DNA of 64,000 nucleotides, from NCBI RefSeq assembly GCF_009914755.1, contig NC_060929.1, one strand, 5' to 3'. Below the pieces are notes generated by a model. That model worked only from the letters and a program-made list of their open reading frames with translations, was not told the DNA's origin and searched no databases. Shown piece after piece: positions 51,796 to 64,000 of the stretch (the stretch's first letter is position 1; every line of letters begins with the position of its first letter). The DNA is from the human T2T-CHM13v2.0 reference genome, Homo sapiens. A program made the position numbers and the translations under genes.

Positions 51796-51814
51796 CTAAC
51801 TGTTAACTCTTAAC

Positions 51815-51990
51815 TGAGTATCAGATAAACATGCTCTGGATTTCAAATCCCTGGGTTTAAAGACTTTCCAGCTTTATAGCTTTTGGCTGCTTACCTAACT
51901 TTTCCATCCCTCCATTTGTAAAATAAGGATAGCAGTATTATCTGCCTCAGGTTTATAAAATAGGGATAGCAGTATTATGTGCCTCAGCAT
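51815..51990 (+). mobile_element. MIR fragment with an internal 37-bp duplication
   Basis: ctctggatttcaaatccctgggtttaaa...ccatttgtaaaataaggatagcagta. Confidence 0.55.
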
Positions 51991-52050
51991 TAAATATCTC
52001 CACACACTCCCTCCTCTGGACATGTATATATGTGTGTACTTATACACATA

Positions 52051-52704
52051 CAGTCACTTATCATTATTTATAGATTCCATATTTGCAATTTTGCCTACTT
52101 GCTAATATTTATTTCAAACCTCCAAATCAGTCAATTCTTATGGCATTTTTGTGATCATTTGTGGATACACACAACGTAGCAAAACATTTGAGAACTGCCT
52201 GACGCCCATTTCCCAGTGAGCTCAAATAACTATATGTTCTGCCTTCTTGTTTCAGCTCTCATGCTGTAAACAAGGGCCCTTTTCTCTCTCCATATATAAT
52301 GCCACGTTTTCACATTTCCGTGCTTTTTGTGGGTGATTTTGATGTCTAAAATGCACCCCCCCACTGCAATGTGCAATGCTCATATCTTGTCTAGTGTTCC
52401 TAAAGGCAAGAAGTCTATGATGGAGTCCTTATGGAGAAAATGTGTGTATCAGAGAAACGTCATTCAGACATGAGTTACAGTGCTGTTGAGCTTAATGTTA
52501 GTGAATCAACATTATACATTAAATAAGAAACACAACTAAAATAAAATCAATTATGAATTGATTGATTAATCAAAATGTTGTGACCAGATGCTCTTAGGAA
52601 CCTAATTGTGTATTTCCCAAAGGAGCAGTAGTTCAATATTTGCTAATTTAGTGTTTGTTGCAACTTTACGGAACATAAAAACTACAAATAATGAGAATCA
52701 GTTG
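52051..52704. mobile_element. MER82-like TcMar-Tigger DNA transposon fossil
   Basis: about 650 bp, TA-flanked, ends cagtcacttatcattattt / aaataatgagaatcagttg; internal ctgccttcttgtttcagctctcatgctgtaaacaag. Confidence 0.75.
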
Positions 52705-54221
52705 TATATATGTGTATATACATACATATCTACATATAAAAATATCTGTGTATGTCTGTCTACCAATATGAGAACAGTGCCTATTAGTATATTATTAATA
52801 TGATAAGCCCTTAACAAATGTGTTTAGCTATTATTATCTAGGTATCTGAGTAGAATTGCTCTGCAATCCACAGTCACTCCTGAGAAAGATAATGATGTTT
52901 TTTGGCTCTCAGTAAAACGTCTTTGTGGTATGGAAGGAACAGCAATAAAGGAAGCACAGCCCTTACTCTTATGGAATTTACATTGCAAAATAACTCAGTA
53001 CAGACTCAGTGTTTTTTGTACTATCTAGAGATCATAAGGAAAAAGTGGGAGTATGATGAAAGAAAGTTCAAAGTGAAGTCACTATATTAGCTTAAAATAG
53101 ACAAGCATACAGATGAGCAATGTGTAAGAGGTTTTTGTAATGACTTGTCTATATCCTGAAACTTAGTAGCCTATGGATAGATGCCTTGAGATTTACATAA
53201 ACAATGAGAAACCTGCCTGATGTAGGAAATGAACACACATTCTAGCTTTCAAGTCAATTAGCGAGATATTCGTATTTCTTTTCTAGGTTAAGAAGCAAAT
53301 CTGTTCCGATGTGATGCCAACTAAGTACATGATCTGATTGTTCCAGTTATCCTGTGCCAAAAAGAAGCAAAAAATGGGCTTTCCACGGATTATTGAACAC
53401 GGTGTCAGTGTGCCTGAGAAACAAGCCTCTATTAAAAGCTTTCTAGGCAATTTGAATCAGGTTGCTGAGCTTTGAAAAACATTCTACAGCCAAGTGTAGG
53501 AGACCCAAGAACTTGGAGAACATACACGCTCTGAGCTATTTCAAAAAATACAGCACTTAAGCCAATTGAGCTGTAGTCAGGGCAACACAGGCATGAATAA
53601 CATGAAGGTAGATTTTAGTAGAAGAGAAGAACAGGCAAGGGATGCAGTCATGTGCATTTGAAACACAGGACAAACATAAGCCCTTTTTATCTCAATAAAG
53701 TAAGCGCAGTTTGGGGGCATTCTGCGGGGTGAGATAATTTGTTGGAATTTAGACGAGGCCCAGAATCATCCATTGGATATTAAATCCACACATAAGCCTC
53801 TGCTAGAATTGTGCCAGAGTAAGGGCAATCCTGGAATTCCTCCAGGCAGTCCTACCACATCACCCAGATGTCTGGTTTCTAGGTGAATGAATTGAAGAAA
53901 GATCAAGAAATATATGGTGGGTAAGAGGTAGGAGAGAAAGCCTGTGTAAATTAAATCAGATCTCCTCATACATAAACCTACTCAATTACTTCTAAAGCCT
54001 CCTTTTATTTCTAACATACAATAATTGAGTTAAAGAAATATAATATTCTTGTTTCAGGAATAGGAATTATTTTCTCAGGCAAAGAATGAAAGGTAAAAAG
54101 TACTACAGTGTGCCTACGTCATGTGCTGCTAATGCTATTTTCTTCTTGAGGTGCTGAATTGTTTGTTTTCCTGGGAAAGCTCTAGGGCAGAGCTAGCAAA
54201 ATATCAAGATAGCAGATATGC

Positions 54222-54685
54222 ATGTAGAGCCATGAGGCGCCTTGCTCAGCTCTCCCTTCAAGAGAACTTGCTTCAAGGTGGGAGGCTGGGGAACACCGTC
54301 CACCTGCTCTGTCTTCAAATGCACTGGGGCATTCATGCAGAGGCTATGTTTTCCCGGGGCTGCTCCCAGCCTGTGACTGAGCAAGGCAGAAGTGCTAGCA
54401 TCATGCCATTCCTGCAGAAGGTGGGTTTCCTCTAATGGGTAAACTTGGCTCCAGGGTTCGCCATCAGCATGGACATAACACACGCAGAGCTTGCCAGAGG
54501 CTGAGGCCCCTCCTACCACATCCTGCAATTTTGTCTCTTCTGTCACAGGTGTCAGAACTGCTCTCAGTCCAAGGATCGTCCCCCACATATTCCTCCTCCT
54601 TTCCCCTTTATCCTTCCCAGGTCCCCCACCCCAAACTCTCAAATCTACTTCCATCTTCAAATCTGCTTCTTGGAGATTATGAACA
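54222..54685 (+). mobile_element. LTR16-like (ERVL) LTR
   Basis: ggggctgctcccagcctgtgactgagc...gccattcctgcaga...cacaggtgtcaga...ccatcttcaaatctgcttcttggag. Confidence 0.65.
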
Positions 54686-56105
54686 AAAGAGGATTTGCAT
54701 TTGATAAGATCCCAAAGAGAGAGGAAGGGGATAATCCATATAATTCTGACACTGGTCACCAGGCGCTTTTTTGTTTTCTTTTGACTGAACACCTGATGGA
54801 GCTGTTAGAATTAAGTCACATACGAGGTGACACAGACTGGCTTCCCCTTTTGGGGCAGTGCCTGGGAGGGACAGATGACTCATCATATTGTGGACGGGGG
54901 AGTGGAAGATCCTGGCTCCATCTTGGAACATAGGCTAATTAGGGGTGAGAAGGAACAGACAGGTCCACACAAACAACCTCCCCCACCTCCAAGTTTCTCA
55001 ACTGAGACTGAGGTGAGAAATCAGCTCAGCAGAGACAGACAAAGGTTGTGTGCTCAATTCATGCCAGTTCACTTTGCACTTTCCATTCAGGTTTCAGGGT
55101 TTACTTCTGGGACTCCTCATGTCTTTCAGGGTTGTCCTGAATGTTCATTTGTCCAGGATCCTTGGAGGGAAAAAATGGGGGACTGTGCCTGGTTTCGTAT
55201 CTCTCAAATGGAATATGAGAGCTTCAGACCGTTCCCTTGTTTGCAGCTGAGAAAGTGTCAGTGCTAAAAGCAAAGGGAGGTGGGGCAGAGGGACCATGGA
55301 TAGTACCCAAATGTGAGTCACACCTACACCATCAGCTTTAGAACCTGTGAACTAGAAATCTCAGAAAATAATCATAAAATTATACTGGCTTTTCTGCCCT
55401 GTAGAAGGACTGTAGAGACAGATTCTTGCAGAAATCTTGCCTTGCTCCCACCCAGCCCATGACTTTTCTCGCCACAAGGAAAGCACTGGTTAAGGAGGTG
55501 ATTCAGAGGTAGGTTCCCCAGGTGCGTCCATCGATGAGTGACCTCTCCTCTGCAACAGGGAAATACTTTCATCATTCAGGAAGGAATACTGAGTTAGGAG
55601 GCAGAAGCTCTGGGTCCTGCTTTTAACGCTTGCACAAACTTACTGTGTAGCTTTGAGCAAGGCATCCAGCCTCTCGCTCTCAGTGTCCTGTGCAGCCAAA
55701 CTGATTGATCTATGAGGCAATGTGTGGCCCAGCTCTGCCGTTCACTATATTACCATGTATTCGCCTAATAAAAAACTGGCACACGGAATGTAACAATGCG
55801 ATTGCATATTTGACATTGGGGTTGTCCTTATAAGTCTAGGTAGCCATCTTTGCAGCACTGGTTCTTTCAAAAGAAAACTATTTTCATAAATATTTCATTT
55901 GGAAATCCCCATTTATCTGGAAGACTTAGTAAAGCATCTTCTGTAGACACAGAAGCACATTATCGCCTGCTTACTTCAGAGTTAGGTTACCAGGCATGTT
56001 CATAAAAAAATAACAAAGCATATTACTTTAGTCAAACTTTACAGAGAGGATAGATTGCCTACAAAGAGGTTATTGTAATATAGCTCATAATTTTTTCAGG
56101 AGTAT

Positions 56106-56240
56106 GCTAAATATATATATATATATATATAAATATGTGTGTGTTTATGTGTATATATACACACACATATATATACATAAACACATATATATGTTTATAC
56201 ATATACACATGCACAAACATACACACATTTATATATTTAC
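56106..56240. repeat. (TA)/(CATA) low-complexity tract
   Basis: read directly from the sequence. Confidence 0.85.
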
Positions 56241-56771
56241 TAATGTATTTAACTTCTCCAAAATATTAGCTACCAAACAGAATATTAGATTAAAATATTT
56301 TAAATTAAAAAGTTATTTAGAGAAAAATAATAGAACTGTCATATATCTCAAATAGCTTATGTTGACCTCTTCCCTGAACTCTAAACATTAAACTTTATTA
56401 AGAGGAAAATAGTGCATATGCGGGACAAGCATAAGAAAGCGACTCAGGAGTACGGAGTAAACAGAGCAGGCTCATTGTTCAAGTTCAATGAGTGTAATTA
56501 TCTGATAGCCATTTGTAGTTCCTATAAAATACCCTTTCCCCCCCGTATTTGTTGCTGCCAGTATTTAAAGACAGGTCTAATCTTTTCTGCTTTTAATCCC
56601 TTTGTCAACCATCAGCAGCCAGTGGGAAAAAAAAGGAAAAAAGAAAAAAAGAAAAAGAAAACAGAATCATTTAGGTTTGGCCTTCATGTTATCCTGTCCC
56701 CAATTGCACTGAGAGGGGACAGATGGGTGACCAGCTGTCGTGACACAGGACCAGGGTCACGGGGTCCCCGC

Positions 56772-56872
56772 ACACAAAGCAGCGAACGCTGCTGGGTCCT
56801 CAAGCCGCCTCTGCCTCTGAACACAAAGCAGCGAGTGCTGCTGGGTCTTCAAGCTGCCTCTGCCTCTGAACA
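56772..56872. repeat. 49-bp tandem duplication (2 copies, 4 mismatches)
   Basis: acacaaagcagcg...ctctgcctctga at 56772 and 56821. Confidence 0.92.
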
Positions 56873-57343
56873 GCCTCGTTGGGAGCGAGGCTCTCTCAGG
56901 CCGGCATCACTCACGCTCACCAGTGAGGCTCTGAATGTTTTGTCTCAAGCCAGGAATGTTAAAGGCTCTGGTTCTCTGCAGCCAGTTAGGAACCCTTTCA
57001 CCATTGTTTGCTTCCATGCATATGCCCTGTTCAGCAGCCACTCTGTGAAGAGGAAACCTCAGTAACAGGAGGGGGAAGGACGCTGCCATGGATGCCTTTC
57101 TACCCTCCAGGGAGGTGACGTGAGAAGAAGGACTTGATAAATTGTAATATCCCTCTGGAGGAGTACCCCTTTAAGAGAATGAAGAGGACCACCTTCAGGA
57201 ATAAAACTGCCTTGGAAAAATTGTAACAGAAAATTATGAAAGTGGAAGATGCCTGACCTAATCGAGGCCATCTTGCTTCTAACCTCCAAGCTGCCCTAGT
57301 TCATTCCTGGGCGAAGGCTGAACTAACCTTGGGAGAAACTTAG

Positions 57344-57644
<301 letters not shown>

Positions 57645-59384
57645 TTTTTTTAAAAAATTTAAGTTCTAGGGTACATGTGCACAACGTGCAGGTTTGTCGC
57701 ACAGGTATACATGTGCCATGTTGGTTTGCTGTACCCATTAACTCGTCATTTACATTAGGTATTTCTTCTAATGCTATCCCTCCCCCAACCCCCCACCCTA
57801 CGACAGGCCCCAGTATGTGATGTTCCCCACCCTGTGTCCAAGTGTTCTCATTGTTCAATTCCCATCTATGAGTGATAACATGTGGTGTTTGGTTTTCTGT
57901 CCTTGTGATAGTTTGCTCAGAATGATGGTTTCCAGCTTCATTTTTGTCCCTGTAAAGGACATGAACTCATCATTTTTTATGGCTGCATAGTATTCCACGG
58001 TGTATATGTGCCACATTTTCTTAATCCAGTCTATCATTGATGGACATTTGGGTTGGTTCCAAGTCTTTGCTATTGTGAATAGTGCTGCAATAAACATACA
58101 TGTGCATGTGTCTTTATAGCAGCATGATTTATAATCCTTTGGGTATATACCCAGTAATGGGATCGCTGGGTCAAATGGTATTTCTAGTTCTAGATCCTTG
58201 AGGAATCGCCACACTGTCTTCCACAATGGTTGGACTAGTTTACAGTCCCACCAACAGTGTAAAAGTGTTCCTATTTCTCCACATCCTCTCTAGCATCTGT
58301 TGTTTCCTCACTTTTTAATGATCGCCATTCTAACTGGTGTGAAGTGGTATATCATTGCGGTTTTGATTTGCATTTCTCTGATGGCCAGTGATGATGAGCA
58401 TTTTTTCATGTGTCTATTGGCTACATAAATGTCTTCTTTTGAGAAGTGTCTATTCATATCCTTTGCCCACTTTTTGATGGGGTTGTTTGTTTTTTTCTTG
58501 TAAATTTGTTTAAGTTCTTTGTAGATTCTGCATATTAGCCCTTTGTCAGATGGGTAGATTGCAAAAATTTTTTCCCATTCTGTAGGTCACCTGTTCACTC
58601 TGATGGTAGTTTCTTTGGCTGTGCAGAAGCTCTTTAGTTTAATTAGATCCCATTTGTGTATTTTGGCTTTTGTTGCCATTGCTTTTGGTGTTTTAGTCAT
58701 GAAGTCCTTGCACATGCCTATGTCCTGAATGGTATTGCCTAAGTTTTCTTCTAGGGTTTTTACGGTTTTAGGTCTAACATTTAAGTCTTTAATACATCTT
58801 GAATTAATTTTTGTATAAGGTGTAAGGAAGGGATCCAGTTTCAGCTTTCTACATATGGCTAGCCAGTTTTCCCAGCACCATTTACTAAATAGGGAATCCT
58901 TTCCCCATTTCTTGTTTTTGTCAGGTTTGTCAAAGATCAGATGGTTGTAGATGTGTGGTGTTATTTCTGAGGGCTCTGTTCTGTTCCATTGGTCTATGTC
59001 TCTATTTTGGTACCAGTACCATGCTGTTTTGGTTGCTGTAGCCTTGTAGTATAGTTTGAAGTCAGGTAGCATGATGCCTCCAGCTTTGTTCATTTTGCTT
59101 AGGATTGTCTTGGCAATGCGTTCTCTTTTTTGGTTCCATATGAACTTTAAAATAGTTTTTTTTCCAATTCTGTGAAGAAAGTAATTGGTAGCTTGATGGG
59201 GATGGCATTGAATCTATACATTATCCTGGGTAGTATGGACATTTTCATGATATTGATTCTTCCTATCCATGAGCATGGAATGTTCTTCCGTTTGTGTCCT
59301 CCTTTATTTCGTTGAACAGTGGTTTATAGTTCTCCTTGAAGAGGTCCTTCAGATCCTTTGTAAGTTGAATTCGTAGGTATTTTA
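57645..59384 (-). mobile_element. 5'-truncated L1PA (about 1.7 kb) with disrupted ORF2
   Basis: ORF2p fragments ([32 protein letters not shown]); TSD tgggagaaacttag at 57330-57343 and 59385-59398. Confidence 0.96.
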
Positions 59385-59830
59385 TGGGAGAAACTTAGTT
59401 TTTAGTTTAACTTTGAAACAAAGATGATAACAGCCCTTTCCCAAAACAAGCCTCCTTCTTGCCTGGGGGCTAGACTCACTATGTAGGACTAACAAATTAG
59501 CCACAAGATTAGAAATTATGGTTTAGGAGTCATGCAGCTAAACATGTAGCCAAACAAATTCAGAGTGATTTGAGTAATCATAAAACTCTGGTCTCCTGTA
59601 TAGCCGGCTCTGCAGGAATTTGACTCTTTCTCTATTGCAATTCCTGTCTGGATAAATAGACTCTGGGCAGTGGGCAAGGAGAACCTGCTGGGTGGTTACA
59701 GGAGTACGTAGCAACAATGTGTACCCTTTTCTTTACAACTCAAGACAATTTATCAATCCCACTTTACAAATTAGTTGAATACAGGACTCTCTTAACTGCT
59801 TATTCCAGTGGTTTTCAAAATGTGGTCTCT

Positions 59831-60811
<981 letters not shown>

Positions 60812-61516
60812 CAAAGTCTTGTCCCTGGACCAGTAACATCAGCAATATCTGGAAGCTTGCTAGAAATGCGAATTCTCTGCTGCACTAAGACCTCCTGAAT
60901 GGAAGACTTTGAGGCGATGCCCAGAAATCTGTATTTTAGCAGGGCTTCCAGATGAATCTATGTATGCTGAAGTTTTTACTATTTTGAGATTTTTGCTGAT
61001 GGTTTTATAACAATATTGGTACTTTCAAATTCATATTATCAACACTCATATTTTCATATTCATATTTGTAAAATATTTCATCCTACACATGAGAAAACAC
61101 ACCTAAGATAAAGCGAGTGGCTTAAAATCACCCAGCCAGTGGGTGAGAAGCCAAAATCTTCCAGTCTGGGATGTTTTTAATTCCATTACATTGAAATGCA
61201 GAATTAATGTTTCCTTTACCTAGGCATTAAAGGAGAGAATAGGGTTAAGCTCACCCAGGGAAGGTCACCTGGCTGGCCAGAGGGGTGGCCCCCACCTTGG
61301 GAAATTTACTGTCGATAGCAGCCCCACAGTCTTAGAGATCTATATTGTCTGAAATCCAAAAGGAGAATCCAACCCTTTCCCAAACAGAGGGATATTAACC
61401 AGGCCTAGGTCCATCAGTGCCAGCCTCTCTCAGCAGCTCATCTCCACTCGATGCCCAGAAAGCCAATTGATCACGGGAATTCTGTTTTTTTCCTGCAAAA
61501 GGTGAGGCGAAAATGA

Positions 61517-61521
61517 GTGTA

Positions 61522-61565
<44 letters not shown>
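61517..61565. repeat. (GT)n microsatellite
   Basis: about 19 perfect TG units after tgagtgtatgta. Confidence 0.95.
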
Positions 61566-61566
<1 letters not shown>

Positions 61567-62518
61567 ATTTAGTTACATTACTAAAATGTTAATCAAAATG
61601 AAGTTAAAAATGGCCTGATTGGTCCCCCTGATAATTGGGCCATTTTGAGGAGCAGAGGAGAAAATGCAGAAAATAGCTCTTTGTAAACTAAATAAAGGCA
61701 AGCAGCAGTATTATTATCATTTACCTGTAGACATTCAAGGTGTTTTAAGTTTTTTTGACTAAATTTTACTAGATTTATGGTACATACCCTTCAGAATTCA
61801 AGAAAGCTTTCAGCATTTGGTGTTCAGAGTTCAGATCTTTTAAACTGTCCTGGAGAATGAACTTGTTAACAGAAAGTTACACCCACACACATTCACTCTT
61901 GAATATGTGCTATGGAGTGTCTACCAAGAAATCCTGTTGGTTTAGTCGTGGCTGCAACAGCACGGTTTTGGGTAAAGGGAGCCTCTGCAGAGAGCAAGGG
62001 TGCTCAGATCCAGAGTCCCCAACTCTGTTCTCTGTCACAGCTGCGGTTCTCCAAGAACTTGCATTGGACAACTTCCTTCCCTTCCCAGTCTGGCAAGTCC
62101 TACCTGGGTTCATTTCTTCCTCATTCATGGTGTCCAGAGCACTTTGAGTATTTTGTGATGATGATTATTATTTTTCTTGTTCAGGGAAAATTTCCCTTTC
62201 TGCCCATAATACTATTATTTTTGGGCCACTTGTCTAGACGCTGCCACTATTCCCACCCATTCCCTACCCACCCATTCCCTCTCCAGTCCCTGCACACTGA
62301 GGACATCCCACTCTCCTGACACCAGCTTTCCTTGGTTAGGAGTCACACATTTGGGTTTTCATCTTCATTATTTTTTTACTCTTCCCAAAATCTTTTTTAT
62401 GTGCAGAAAGGTGTATAAAATTTAGAAAAGATCAATTGTCTACTTTTATTTTGAACCAACTAGTATTCAGTTTATGAAAGTTGGGAATTCAAAACTCCAG
62501 TTGTTTTTGAATCTTTAA

Positions 62519-62954
<436 letters not shown>

Positions 62955-63373
62955 TAAAGGGCCTGGGAATAACGTTGGTTCCATTTACAGACCTAGATAA
63001 ATCCCATTTCATCCTGGTATATTACTGTAGTAAATAAGCATTTATACATTTTATAGTTTTTACTTTAATTTTGTTATCTGCCTTAACAAATAAAACTTTC
63101 CCTCATCCCAAATAACTATTATAAATATAAAAATATACTTTATAACGAGAGCCTTAATTATCTTTGATATTCTAGTATAATGCCCAGACTTAGTATGATT
63201 TTATCTTAAGACCTGAAGTTTAAGTCAATGACTCAAACATACATTTTAAATGAACATTAAAATGTTGTCACTTCAACAGGCCAAATCATTCCAAGTACTT
63301 TGAAATGTTTGATTTGAGAAGTTTGTCATGAGAAGCACACTAAATGCATATAGATTCCATTTCAATATAATGA

Positions 63374-63869
<496 letters not shown>

Positions 63870-64000
63870 TCTCGATTCTGTTTTAACACAAATAATATGC
63901 CAAGATCTTCGGGCTCTTAAAATTTTATTTGGTAATGCTATATTTTCCCAAGGTTAAAAGATGCTTCCCAATTTATGGAAGATAGTAGGCTCCTTCCCTG

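Noticed and set aside
54193-54792. 199-aa minus-strand ORF
   Set aside because: Mostly antisense to an LTR16-like element, non-ATG start, no homology recognised
56772-56872. Palindromic direct repeats as a CRISPR-like array
   Set aside because: Only two abutting copies, no spacers, no cas genes, primate context
56412-57065. 217-aa plus-strand ORF
   Set aside because: No recognisable domain; it runs through an A-rich tract (poly-Lys) and the 49-bp duplication, consistent with a chance ORF

Overview
This is primate genomic DNA, very likely human or great ape given the AluY, L1PA and LTR7-type elements. It is intergenic or deep-intronic. I cannot support any protein-coding gene, tRNA, rRNA or CRISPR array. 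The recognisable ORFs are L1 ORF2 remnants or Alu read-throughs; the rest have no recognisable homology. The window is a dense TE record: about 30 Alu loci, four primate L1PA 3' fragments, an L1PB-like copy, old L1M/L2/MIR pieces, ERV1/ERVL/MaLR solo LTRs and DNA-transposon fossils, many with readable target-site duplications (TSDs). Subfamily names are from recalled consensus sequences and need RepeatMasker/Dfam confirmation. Highlights: (1) a head-to-tail triple AluY array (31082-32074) whose middle copy is a recombinant of the outer two, with a unique 3' tag and second A-tail inside one TSD; (2) an LTR7-type solo LTR inside an Alu, next to an octamer-bearing LTR9-type LTR, both pointing into a unique minus-strand exon-like region; (3) two three-layer nested insertions; (4) scattered strong splice signals suggesting lncRNA exons. 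I found no convincing novel biological system.
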